Assembly (NCBI GenBank): GCA_903851235.1
Contig: CAINNR010000016.1
Location: 1 to 52,809 of the forward strand
Direction of reading: 5' to 3'
Source: an uncultured Candidatus Berkelbacteria bacterium
GTDB lineage: Bacteria; Patescibacteriota; UBA1384; XYA2-FULL-43-10; CAINNR01
Length of the DNA: 52,809 nucleotides
Both the position numbers and the translations under genes were made by a program. Positions 43,577-52,643 of this stretch are shown here, in pieces (the first letter of the stretch is position 1; every line of letters starts with the position of its first letter). The notes beneath the pieces were generated by a model that had not been told where the DNA came from, made no database searches, and saw only the letters and a list, made by a program, of their open reading frames with translations.

Positions 43577-45304
43577 TCAGTAGCCAATTTTTTTAAACCA
43601 AGAGATCGTTCGTTTTAGGCCGGAATCTAAATTGATTTTCGGCCGCCAACTGAGCTGTTTCTTTGCCAAACTAATATCCGGCTTGCGCTTTTTCGGATCG
43701 GAGATCGCCGGCGCAATGTGGATAATTTTTGACTTCGAATCGGTTAGCTTAATGACTTTCTCTGCCAATTCAAGCATCGTAAACTCTTCGGGATTGCCAA
43801 TGTTGATCGGTCCTTCAAGATCCGAGTGAATAAATTTCAACTGAGCGTCAATTTGATCATCGACAAAACAGAACGACCGTGTCTGATTGCCACTGCCTTG
43901 GATCGTAATGTCATCACCCGATAATGCCTGTTTAATAAATTGGCTCACCACCCGGCCATCATCCGGGTCCATCAGAGGACCGTAAGTGTTAAAAATTCGA
44001 ACGACGCCGGTGTTGACGCCTTTTTGCTGCCGAGCTTGATAGATTAATGCCTCGGCGTAGCGTTTGCCTTCGTCATAACAGGATCTCATGGTATAAGATT
44101 CAACGTTGCCGGCATAACTCTCCTTCTGCGGATGTTCCAACGGATCGCCGTAAACCTCGGATGTCGACGCCTGAAAAAACCGAGCGTCATTTTTGAGCGC
44201 GAATTTCAGCAAATTTTCCGTGCCAATTGAACAGGTTTCCAAGGTTTTTATCGGGTCGAGATAATACTTTGGCGGCGAGGCCGGACAAGCGTAGTTCAGA
44301 ACAAAATCAAATTTGCCCCGAAACTTCAACGGCTGGCGAATATCATGTTTTTTAAATCTAAACCTCCTATTTTTTCCCAGCTCGGCTAGATTTCTGCCGC
44401 TGCCAGTCTGCAAATTGTCGATAACCAAAACTCGGCCACCGGCTTTTAGTATTCGCTTGGCAATGTTGGCGCCAAGAAAACCGGCGCCGCCGGCGATGAG
44501 ATAATTTTTACCGACATATTTATTCTCTCTGCCAACAAAAGCTTTTTTCGCAATCGGAGCTTCAATCTGACTCATGCGGCGATAATAATTTAGGATTCTG
44601 GCCCGATAGAAAACCGCCAGGGTGTCGAGAATCATTTTCTGTATCGTTTTTAAGTTGATACCCGAACTGACGGCGTTAAAATCCATTTCAATCGGCGCCT
44701 CAAAGACTCGCCGATAACCGAGCTGGTGGGCAATCACCAACATCTCGAGATCAAAGGCATATTGCTTAACCAGCGCCCGTGGAACGACATCTTTGGCAAC
44801 CTTGCTCCTTAGAAATTTCAAACCGGCTTGGGTGTCGGTGACATTCAAACCGAATAAAATTCTAATCACCCGCTGGTAAATCCAAGAGAAAATTCGTCGT
44901 TTTCGCGGATAGTTGACCTGCGACGCCGGGTGGCGTTTCGAACCCAAAACAAAATCGGCGTCAAAAATCTCCATTAATTTGACAAATTTATCGAATTGCC
45001 TCGGGTCAAAGTCACCACCGGCATCGGTAAAAGTGATAATTTCGCCCTCGGCGTGTTTGGTACCGTACTTTAAGGCGTAGCCCTTGCCGTGGTTTGGATG
45101 ATACTCCAGAACTCTGATATTTTTTGATTTATGCCCTCTGGCCTTGGCCGCCGTTCTATCCGGTGAGCCGTCAACGACAACAATCACCTCATAGGAGTAA
45201 CCCAGGGTGTCGTGAGCTTTAACAATTTTATCGATCGTCCGGTAGATATTCTTCTCTTCGTTGTAGGCCGGAATGATAATTGAAAGTTTCGGGGACTTTT
45301 TCAT
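43577..45304 (-). CDS. Fusion of a DPM-synthase-like GT2 and a UDP-glucuronate decarboxylase (UDP-xylose synthase)
   Basis: N-half: IIIPAYNEE, NHGKG, DTQAGLK, FDLE; C-half: GGAGFLG, ACPASP..Y, ASTSEVYGDP, RSCYDEGKR, RIFNTYGP, DDGRVVS. Confidence 0.85.
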   Translation of the reverse strand: MKKSPKLSIIIPAYNEEKNIYRTIDKIVKAHDTLGYSYEVIVVVDGSPDRTAAKARGHKSKNIRVLEYHPNHGKGYALKYGTKHAEGEIITFTDAGGDFDPRQFDKFVKLMEIFDADFVLGSKRHPASQVNYPRKRRIFSWIYQRVIRILFGLNVTDTQAGLKFLRSKVAKDVVPRALVKQYAFDLEMLVIAHQLGYRRVFEAPIEMDFNAVSSGINLKTIQKMILDTLAVFYRARILNYYRRMSQIEAPIAKKAFVGRENKYVGKNYLIAGGAGFLGANIAKRILKAGGRVLVIDNLQTGSGRNLAELGKNRRFRFKKHDIRQPLKFRGKFDFVLNYACPASPPKYYLDPIKTLETCSIGTENLLKFALKNDARFFQASTSEVYGDPLEHPQKESYAGNVESYTMRSCYDEGKRYAEALIYQARQQKGVNTGVVRIFNTYGPLMDPDDGRVVSQFIKQALSGDDITIQGSGNQTRSFCFVDDQIDAQLKFIHSDLEGPINIGNPEEFTMLELAEKVIKLTDSKSKIIHIAPAISDPKKRKPDISLAKKQLSWRPKINLDSGLKRTISWFKKIGY

Positions 45305-45311
45305 GGCAAAC

Positions 45312-46595
45312 CTAAGTGATTTGTTCTCCCCTCAAAAACAGTTTAATTTGACTCTTTTTGCTAAAAAGATAATACAGCATCATGGCGACAAAAAGCAAAC
45401 CGAAGCTGGCGATGATAATATGAACGACAGTCAAAATCGATGAATGCCAGAAGTGAATCGCCCCGATCATAATTAATAAATCGGCGACAAAAAGCCAGAT
45501 GAATTTAAAATCCTTTATTACCAGATAATAGTTCACCAGCAGGTTTATCAGTGAGTAAAACAGCATGCCAAGCGCGACCAGAGGTAAAAGCTGATATTGT
45601 CCGACATACTGTTTGCCGTAAATTGAGATGATTTTCGCCGGCGCAATCATATCGGCGCCAAGAACTAATAACGAGCCTAAGACGACAAATAAAAGTGAGT
45701 AGAAAAAAATCGGATAATGTTTGATGCCTTTGGTTTTCTTTTCGGAAATCATCGGAAACATAACGGTTACAACCGGCCCGGTGATGTAAAGAACGATTTT
45801 TGCCAAAGTCGAAATTGCCGAGTAAACTCCGGCATCGGTCGGAGAAAAGTAATGTTTGATCAGTATGATGTCGAGCGTTTGAGCGATGATCAGAAGGACA
45901 GTAGCAATTAGCGCCGGCTGGGAGTAATTTAGAATTTCTCGCCGATCGAATTTGAAATTTTTCGCCGTCAGGTCGCGACCGGCCCGGCGAAAGATCGTAT
46001 TAATCGGCACAAAGGTGATAAAATAGGAAATTGCCGTTGCCAAAACCACAGCCGAGAGTGCGCCGGAGACGGCAAAGCCGATTTTGACCAAAATGATTCC
46101 CAGTGCCAGTCGAAGCGCCATCTCCAAAGCGCCAATAAATGAAACGGCGGCAAAACGCTGGGATCCCTGAAGAATACCTTTGTTGACGGCGATCGTCAGG
46201 CCGAAAAACAAGCTCAGAAAGGAGATAAAAACCGGCAGTAAATTGCTGATTGAAAAGTAGTTGGCGATCGGTTTAGTTAAAATCAGACAGATGATCAGGA
46301 TCGCCAGCGCTATAAGATAAACCCAGCGGCTAAAAACCGAGAACAATCTCTTCAGCGCCCGAAACTTTTCACCGGCATAAAGTTCGCTCGAATATTTCAT
46401 TGTCACGGTCAAAATGGCACCGGCGGCGACGGAGATGATCATCAACAGCGACATTAAAGCCGTCATTTCGCCGTAATCACGCGGTCCGAGATATCGGCCC
46501 ATCAGAACACTGAAGGCAAAAGAAAAAAGGCCGCCGATAATCGTGCCGACAAAGATAATAAAACTGTTAGAAAAGAGTTTTTTCGTTTCGTGCAT
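45312..46595 (-). CDS. wzx: Wzx-type polysaccharide flippase
   Basis: About 12 TM helices; RYLGPRDYG, GVYSA; start set at ATG 46595. Confidence 0.8.
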   Translation of the reverse strand: MHETKKLFSNSFIIFVGTIIGGLFSFAFSVLMGRYLGPRDYGEMTALMSLLMIISVAAGAILTVTMKYSSELYAGEKFRALKRLFSVFSRWVYLIALAILIICLILTKPIANYFSISNLLPVFISFLSLFFGLTIAVNKGILQGSQRFAAVSFIGALEMALRLALGIILVKIGFAVSGALSAVVLATAISYFITFVPINTIFRRAGRDLTAKNFKFDRREILNYSQPALIATVLLIIAQTLDIILIKHYFSPTDAGVYSAISTLAKIVLYITGPVVTVMFPMISEKKTKGIKHYPIFFYSLLFVVLGSLLVLGADMIAPAKIISIYGKQYVGQYQLLPLVALGMLFYSLINLLVNYYLVIKDFKFIWLFVADLLIMIGAIHFWHSSILTVVHIIIASFGLLFVAMMLYYLFSKKSQIKLFLRGEQIT

Positions 46596-46788
46596 GAGCA
46601 AATAGAATATAACACATCTCTCCTTGTCAGTCGAATGTGTTTTAACGCTCTTGTGGGCATTTCTCACAGAAATTCGAAATGTCGCTACTTGTATCTTGTT
46701 ATAACAAAAATAGTTGAAATGATAAAGTATAAGTGGTAAATTGATATTGGATTTACCTGTAGATAAAGATAACGACAAAGGAGCTATA

Positions 46789-47703
46789 ATGAAAGGTATT
46801 ATTTTGGCCGGTGGCGCCGGAACACGGCTTTATCCGGCAACACTGACGGTTTCCAAACAGTTAATGGCGGTTTATGATAAACCGATGATCTATTATCCGC
46901 TCTCGGTTCTAATGCTGGCGGGAATCCGTGACGTTTTGATAATTTCAACGCCGTTCGACTTGCCGAATTTCAAAAAACTTTTAGGCGACGGCAAAGAAAT
47001 CGGGATGAAATTTTCTTACAAAGAGCAAGCCGCTCCGAACGGTTTGGCTGAAGCTTTTATTATCGGTGACAAATTTATCGGCAACGATTCGGTGGCGATG
47101 ATTTTGGGTGACAATATCTTCTACTCCGCTGGCCTGACCGGACTGTTAAAACAGGCTTGCAAAACCAAAAAAGGCGGCCACATTTTCGCCGTTCACGTTC
47201 CCGATCCGGAGCGATTTGGTGTCGTCGATTTTGATAAAAGTGGCAAGGTTCTGTCGATTGAAGAGAAACCGGAACATCCGAAATCCAATTATGCCGTTCC
47301 CGGATTGTATTTCTTCGGTCCGGAAGTTGTCAAAGAAGCAAAAAATTTGAAACCGTCGGCCAGGGGCGAATTGGAGATGCCGGACCTCTGCCGTAAATTT
47401 CTCAATCGAGGCGAACTTAAAGTTACCGTTCTACCGCGCGGTTTGGCTTGGCTCGACACCGGAACTCACGCTGCAATGAACAAAGCCAATAACTATGTTC
47501 AGATTATGCAGGAGATGACCGGCATGAACATCGCCTGTGTTGAAGAGATCGCTTACCGTCAAGGCTGGATTGATGATAAACGACTAGACGCGACAATCGA
47601 AAAGATGGGCAAGTCAAGTTACGCCGATTACCTGCGGCGAATAGAACGGGAAGCCTCTAAATTGGAACAGACGACTGATGATTATCTTCACGCCAACCGA
47701 TAA
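46789..47703 (+). CDS. rmlA: Glucose-1-phosphate thymidylyltransferase
   Basis: MKGIILAGGAGTRLYP, SKQL, EEKP, SARGELE, WLDTGT. Confidence 0.95.
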   Translation: MKGIILAGGAGTRLYPATLTVSKQLMAVYDKPMIYYPLSVLMLAGIRDVLIISTPFDLPNFKKLLGDGKEIGMKFSYKEQAAPNGLAEAFIIGDKFIGNDSVAMILGDNIFYSAGLTGLLKQACKTKKGGHIFAVHVPDPERFGVVDFDKSGKVLSIEEKPEHPKSNYAVPGLYFFGPEVVKEAKNLKPSARGELEMPDLCRKFLNRGELKVTVLPRGLAWLDTGTHAAMNKANNYVQIMQEMTGMNIACVEEIAYRQGWIDDKRLDATIEKMGKSSYADYLRRIEREASKLEQTTDDYLHANR

Positions 47704-47729
47704 AAATTGACAACTAACTTACGGAGCAA

Positions 47730-48281
47730 ATGATGAAAATTATTGAGACTGAAATTCCCGAGGTAAAAATTATTGAACCGGATGTTTTTGGTGATCATCG
47801 CGGCTGGTTTATGGAATCATACAGCAAAAAAAAGTTTGCCGATTTGGGAATTGACTGCAATTTTGTTCAGGACAACCACTCCTTTTCAGCCGAAAAGGGC
47901 ACTTTGCGCGGCATTCACTTTCAGATAAATCCGATGTCCCAAGCCAAACTTACCCGCTGCACCGTTGGTGCGGTGATGGATATTATCGTCGACCTGCGAA
48001 AAAACTCGCCAACTTACAAAAAATGGCTTAAAATTGAACTCTCAGCCGAGAACAAACGGCTGGCGTTCGCACCCCGAGGTTTCGGTCACGGATTCGTCAC
48101 ACTGACGGAAAATGTCAATTTTCAGTATAAGGTTGATGAATATTACTCTGCCGAATTCGACCGCAGTATTCGTTTCGACGACAAGGAGATCGGCATTGAT
48201 TGGGGAATTGCTGACCCGATACTGTCCGACAAAGACAAAAATGCCCCGCTTTTAAAAGACAGTGATATCAATTTTGAATAA
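47730..48281 (+). CDS. rmlC: dTDP-4-dehydrorhamnose 3,5-epimerase
   Basis: DHRGWFMES, QDNHSFS, LRGIHFQ, GFGHGF. Confidence 0.95.
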   Translation: MMKIIETEIPEVKIIEPDVFGDHRGWFMESYSKKKFADLGIDCNFVQDNHSFSAEKGTLRGIHFQINPMSQAKLTRCTVGAVMDIIVDLRKNSPTYKKWLKIELSAENKRLAFAPRGFGHGFVTLTENVNFQYKVDEYYSAEFDRSIRFDDKEIGIDWGIADPILSDKDKNAPLLKDSDINFE

Positions 48282-48298
48282 TAATTTGAGTAATCAAC

Positions 48299-48769
48299 AT
48301 GTCTGACCCAATGGATATTTATTCCAAACCAATAAAAACCCAGAATACTAAGTTGGGTAGATTATTTTGGATGCAACCACGAAGAAAACCGGAGAAACCC
48401 GGCCGCGAATTGATTGTTAATTTTGATGACCGCTTTCCTTTTGCAAATGATTTTGAAGTTCATTTCAGCTATTTGGTGAAATTTTTCGAAATCGGAAATT
48501 TTGCCGGCAACCATTACCACATTAAAAAACAGGAATTATTCATTCCCGTCAGCGGAAAATTCACGGTTCATCTCGAAAATATTGAAACCAAAGAGAAGGA
48601 AACAATCAAAATTGACTCCGAGGAAAGACAAATATTTTATATCCAACCCAAAACCGCCCACAAGGTAGTTTCCGAATCGGCAAACGCAGTTTTGCTAGTC
48701 TTGGCGACAAGTGCGAACATCGATGGAGACGAATTTGGATACGTAATTAAGAGTAATGAAATAAATTAG
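48299..48769 (+). CDS. WxcM/FdtA-like cupin (sugar 3,4-ketoisomerase-like)
   Basis: GNHYH...E; P..AH cupin motif; lies inside the rml operon. Confidence 0.65.
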   Translation: MSDPMDIYSKPIKTQNTKLGRLFWMQPRRKPEKPGRELIVNFDDRFPFANDFEVHFSYLVKFFEIGNFAGNHYHIKKQELFIPVSGKFTVHLENIETKEKETIKIDSEERQIFYIQPKTAHKVVSESANAVLLVLATSANIDGDEFGYVIKSNEIN

Positions 48770-48777
48770 GAGTTTTT

Positions 48778-49767
48778 ATGAAAATCCTCGTTACCGGCGG
48801 TGCCGGCTTTATCGGCACAAATTTCGTCTATTACATGGTTAACAAAGGTCACGAGGTTGTGGTTTTGGATAAGCTGACATACGCTGGTGGTAAAGATAAT
48901 TTGGAGCCACTTGGCGATAAAGTCAAATTGATTGTTGCCGATGTTTGCAATCGCGACGCGGTAAAAGATGCGGTCAAGGGTATGGACTGGGTAGTTCACT
49001 TCGCTGCCGAATCTCACGTTACGCGATCTGAGAGTGATCCTGAACTTTTTTATCGCTCAAATGTTGAAGGTACGAAGGTGATGATTGAGGAATCAATCGC
49101 CGCCAACGTTAAAAAATTTCTCCATATTTCAACCGATGAAGTTTACGGGTCAACAGATGGAGCCTTATTTAAGGAATCTGATAAATTGCCCGGCGATAGC
49201 CAGGCATCTAGCGCTTATGCAAAATCAAAGTCATTAGCTGATGATTTAGCCCAAAACTTTGCAAAAAAAGGCGCACCAATTTTGATAACCAGAACGACAA
49301 ATAATTTCGGCCCTTGGCAATATCCGGAAAAGGCTTTGCCACGCTGGGTTACAAATCTTTTGCTCGGAGAAAAAATTCCGGTTTGGGGCGAAGGCAAACA
49401 AGTTCGCGACTGGCTTTTCGCGCCGGATAATGCCAAGGCAATTGAATTTGTACTAGAAAACGGCAAACTTGGCGAAGTTTATAATGTCGCTGCTAACAAC
49501 AAACCGGAAATTACCAACAAAATGGTTGCTAAAATTCTTTGCAAATCCTTGGACAAAGATCCCAACGAATGGATCGACTATATCCCCGATCCACGGCCAG
49601 ATCACGATTTTCGCTATGCCATCGACACAACAAAATTAGAATCTCTTGGCTGGAAACCAAATCGCGATCCGGAAAATCAATTTCCAGAAACCGTAAAATG
49701 GTATCAAGATAATCAAGAATGGTGGAAAAAGCGCAAAGCCGAAGCCGAAAGCATCTATAAAAAGTAA
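48778..49767 (+). CDS. rmlB: dTDP-glucose 4,6-dehydratase
   Basis: TGGAGFIG, DKLTYAG, FAAESHV, STDEVYG, YAKSK, RPDHDFRY. Confidence 0.9.
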   Translation: MKILVTGGAGFIGTNFVYYMVNKGHEVVVLDKLTYAGGKDNLEPLGDKVKLIVADVCNRDAVKDAVKGMDWVVHFAAESHVTRSESDPELFYRSNVEGTKVMIEESIAANVKKFLHISTDEVYGSTDGALFKESDKLPGDSQASSAYAKSKSLADDLAQNFAKKGAPILITRTTNNFGPWQYPEKALPRWVTNLLLGEKIPVWGEGKQVRDWLFAPDNAKAIEFVLENGKLGEVYNVAANNKPEITNKMVAKILCKSLDKDPNEWIDYIPDPRPDHDFRYAIDTTKLESLGWKPNRDPENQFPETVKWYQDNQEWWKKRKAEAESIYKK

Positions 49768-49794
49768 ATTTTATTCGTAATTTGGTAAGAGACT

Positions 49795-50730
49795 ATGAAA
49801 ATTCTAATCACCGGTGCCAATGGTCAACTTGGATTAACTTTGCAGGATGTTTTCGCCGGCAACGATTTGGTTTTGACCGACAAGGAAACATTGGATATTA
49901 CCGACGCCAAAGCTGTTGATAATTTTGTTGATGTCGCAAAGCCCAATGTGATAATCAATGCCGCCGCTTATACCGCCGTCGATCAAGCCGAGATTGATAA
50001 GGAATTGGCAAAAAAAATAAATCTCAATGGCGCGAAAAATTTGGCAGCAGCAGCAAAAAAAACCGGCGCAATATTTTTTCAGGTTTCAACCGATTTTGTT
50101 TTTGACGGTAAAAAGTCCAAACCGTATGTCGAATCCGACGAGCCGAATCCGCTTTCATATTACGGCCAGAGTAAACTGGATGGAGAAAAAGCCGTGGCCG
50201 CCGTCGGCGGAAAATATTTTATTCTCCGAACTGCCTGGCTTTATTCACCGTTTGGCAAGAATTTCGTCAAAACAATTGCAAAACTCGGTCGCGAAAAAGA
50301 GGAATTAAAAATCGTTTCCGACCAAATCGGCTGTCCAACCTACGCTTATGATTTGGCGCTGGCGATGAAACAGCTGATTGATTTGGTTCCCAGCAATCAA
50401 GTAATTGAACAACCTGTCTCGACTGGCACAAGCCAAGGCGGATCGAGCAACGATTCTATCTTCGGTCTTTACCATTTCGCCGGCACCGGCGAATGCTCTT
50501 GGTTTGAATTTGCCCAGGAGATAGTGAAATTGTCGGATGGCAAGGCCAAAGTTATTCCCCAAACTTCATATGAATACGCCGCCAGTCGCGGCGAAACGAT
50601 TATCGCCGAGCGACCGAAATATTCACCACTAAATTGCGATAAAATCGAAAAACTCGGTATCAAAACCATCCCTTGGCAAGAATCCTTGGCAAAATGTATT
50701 GAAATTCTGAAACAAAATAAAGAGCTCTAA
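49795..50730 (+). CDS. rmlD: dTDP-4-dehydrorhamnose reductase
   Basis: TGANGQLG, AAYTAVD.AE, STDFVFDG, YGQSKL.GE, DQIGCPT. Confidence 0.95.
   Translation: MKILITGANGQLGLTLQDVFAGNDLVLTDKETLDITDAKAVDNFVDVAKPNVIINAAAYTAVDQAEIDKELAKKINLNGAKNLAAAAKKTGAIFFQVSTDFVFDGKKSKPYVESDEPNPLSYYGQSKLDGEKAVAAVGGKYFILRTAWLYSPFGKNFVKTIAKLGREKEELKIVSDQIGCPTYAYDLALAMKQLIDLVPSNQVIEQPVSTGTSQGGSSNDSIFGLYHFAGTGECSWFEFAQEIVKLSDGKAKVIPQTSYEYAASRGETIIAERPKYSPLNCDKIEKLGIKTIPWQESLAKCIEILKQNKEL
50403..50444 (+). repeat. Element copy 2, in frame in rmlD (IEQPVSTGTSQGGS)
   Basis: aattgaacaacctgtctcgactg-gcacaagccaag-gcggatc; the pcrA copy lacks the central 12 nt. Confidence 0.85.
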
Positions 50731-50787
50731 AGTTTTGATAAAAAAAGACGGCCGAACTTTGGCCGCCATTTGTATTTTTCAGAAAAC

Positions 50788-51282
50788 TTATTCCCAAACT
50801 GTCTCCGATCCGTGCCATCTCCACTGACACTGATGCATCAACAAGAGTTTCTGCCCATCAACCGTCACTTCAATTCCAACCCCATAAAGTTCATTATACC
50901 CTCTGAAAACAACACCGCTTTGTTCAATGATTGCCTTGGCAAGATGCCATGCTTTCTGCTCGGCAACCTCAGGAGAATCTGACAGCAAAATGTCTTTCCA
51001 CTCTATCTTATGGGAAAAAGCTTTCCGGAGCTTTTTAAGACCGTGCGGATCCATTGAAGACAGAATCGCCATATAATGGTACCAGCATTCCACTTTGTCC
51101 GAAACCTTACGTGTTTCCTTCATTTCCTTTGCCAAACCGCAAAGGTTTAAAATTGCATCAGCCACAACCTTGATAATGCTGGCTGAACATTCCGGCACAC
51201 TGCTGTTCCACGGTCCGCCATTTTCCATGATTAACCTACTTTCCGCCCTTTGCTCAGGCGAGGACTGGGAACTTTGGCACAT
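50788..51282 (-). CDS. Hypothetical protein
   Basis: 164-aa ORF with its own cggcc hairpin terminator at ~50740-50766. Confidence 0.55.
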   Translation of the reverse strand: MCQSSQSSPEQRAESRLIMENGGPWNSSVPECSASIIKVVADAILNLCGLAKEMKETRKVSDKVECWYHYMAILSSMDPHGLKKLRKAFSHKIEWKDILLSDSPEVAEQKAWHLAKAIIEQSGVVFRGYNELYGVGIEVTVDGQKLLLMHQCQWRWHGSETVWE

Positions 51283-51370
51283 TCACCATTGCGTCGATTT
51301 TAGCTGATTAATTTATTATTGTCAATAAAAATGTTGACAATAATGACACCATCAAATACAATCCAAATTA

Positions 51371-51598
51371 ATGGTAATAAAAACCTCAAAAAAAATCACT
51401 GTTAACGAGTTGACAAAAGAAGTCAGAATTTTGCGCTCTTTTGTTATTGGGCTGGCACTGAAGGATCCCGAAGGTGAATATCGACCAGAATTTGTTCGAA
51501 ATGTTCTAAAAGCGGCGAAGGAACCAGCAACCGAGGAGTTTATTTCCGCTAAAGATTTCCTTCATCGCTTGGAACAGCTTGAAAAGAATGAAATATAA
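51371..51598 (+). CDS. Putative antitoxin of a RelE/YafQ-type module
   Basis: TTGACA-N17-TACAAT promoter; DPEGEYRPEFV motif; overlaps the toxin start. Confidence 0.6.
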   Translation: MVIKTSKKITVNELTKEVRILRSFVIGLALKDPEGEYRPEFVRNVLKAAKEPATEEFISAKDFLHRLEQLEKNEI

Positions 51599-51855
51599 AC
51601 TTTGTCATTAGAAAAAATTTTTGAAATTCTCGCTGAAATTACCAGCACAATATCGCAAACTTTTTGGCTTTGGCGCTAGAGTAATTGCAAAATCAACCGT
51701 TTGATTCGCAACTTCATACTAAAACACTAAGTGGAAAACTATCGGGATTTTACTCTTTTAGAATTACTCGTAACTGGCGAGTGATTTTTCGTTTTGTTTC
51801 CTCAACTGAAATAGAACTAGTCGATATTGCCGGCCGAAAAGATATTTATCGATAA
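51588..51855 (+). pseudogene. RelE/YafQ-like toxin pseudogene
   Basis: Internal stops and a frameshift; C-half reads QNQPFDSQLHTKTLSGKLSGFYSFRITRNWRVIF...DIAGRKDIYR*. Confidence 0.8.
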
Positions 51856-51865
51856 AAAACCGGGA

Positions 51866-51894
51866 TTGACAAACGCCGGCGGAAAAGCTATAAT
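51866..51894 (+). promoter_or_regulatory. Consensus sigma70 promoter
   Basis: TTGACA-N17-TATAAT. Confidence 0.8.
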
Positions 51895-51979
51895 GGAAAT
51901 AGGATAAAAGAAGTTAGAAAAGAGATCTATCAACCAGATTCACACTGATAAAATAATTTAGCAAGGGAAAAGGAGCGGG

Positions 51980-52567
51980 ATGCTTGAAGTAGATATCGAC
52001 AAAATTTTGCCACTGACAGAGGCAAGAGACAATTTCAACAAGATTATCGATGATGTTGAGGGGACAGAAAAAATGTATGTCCTAACAAAAAACGGCAAGC
52101 CATCAGCCGTGATTGTTGGTGTCAACCATTTGGAAAAGTTGACCGGCAAAACCGCTGATGAGCTAACATCAATCGTCGAGAAAAAGGCCGACGAAACTCC
52201 TGTTGTAGAGGAGGTAACGCCTAATACCCCGAGTGATAATGTCGGGGCGCCAATTTCGCCGACAGAGGCCAGTGTTGATGGGTCCAAACCAGCAACAACA
52301 ACTGATGTTTCCGCCACAAGACAGTCTATCTTGCCCGGTAATGAAACACCGTCACCGTTTGATCTTCCCGTTGATAATCAGGTTTCGTCCCCGACCGAGA
52401 GTGTAGAGGCACCGATGCCTCAAGCCGCGCCAGCTTCTACGGCGCCGAGCGCTGTACCGACATCGTCACCGGGCAGTGCAGGAGATAACATCGCTTCCAA
52501 TCAAGCGCCAGCCGCCGCTCCAACCGAAAATGGAGCCGCCGCTAACGACAGCGATCTGTTTGTTTAG
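51980..52567 (+). CDS. Phd/YefM-domain protein with a long Pro/Thr/Ser/Ala-rich tail
   Basis: LPLTEARDNFNKIIDDV....VLTKNGKPSAVIV; AAGGAG RBS. Confidence 0.75.
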   Translation: MLEVDIDKILPLTEARDNFNKIIDDVEGTEKMYVLTKNGKPSAVIVGVNHLEKLTGKTADELTSIVEKKADETPVVEEVTPNTPSDNVGAPISPTEASVDGSKPATTTDVSATRQSILPGNETPSPFDLPVDNQVSSPTESVEAPMPQAAPASTAPSAVPTSSPGSAGDNIASNQAPAAAPTENGAAANDSDLFV

Positions 52568-52583
52568 AGTCGATTTCGAAATT

Positions 52584-52622
52584 AAAAAAGAGCCCTGTCA
52601 AACGATCGGGGGTTCTTTTTTT
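52584..52622. terminator. Bidirectional terminator
   Basis: aaaaaagagccc...gggttcttttttt between convergent genes. Confidence 0.75.
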
Positions 52623-52643
52623 GTTCCTATTATCAAGCAAGGC

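Noticed and set aside
52538-52567. AANDSDLFV resembling an ssrA degradation tag
   Set aside because: Only AAND matches and the C-terminal LAA determinant is absent; likely coincidence.
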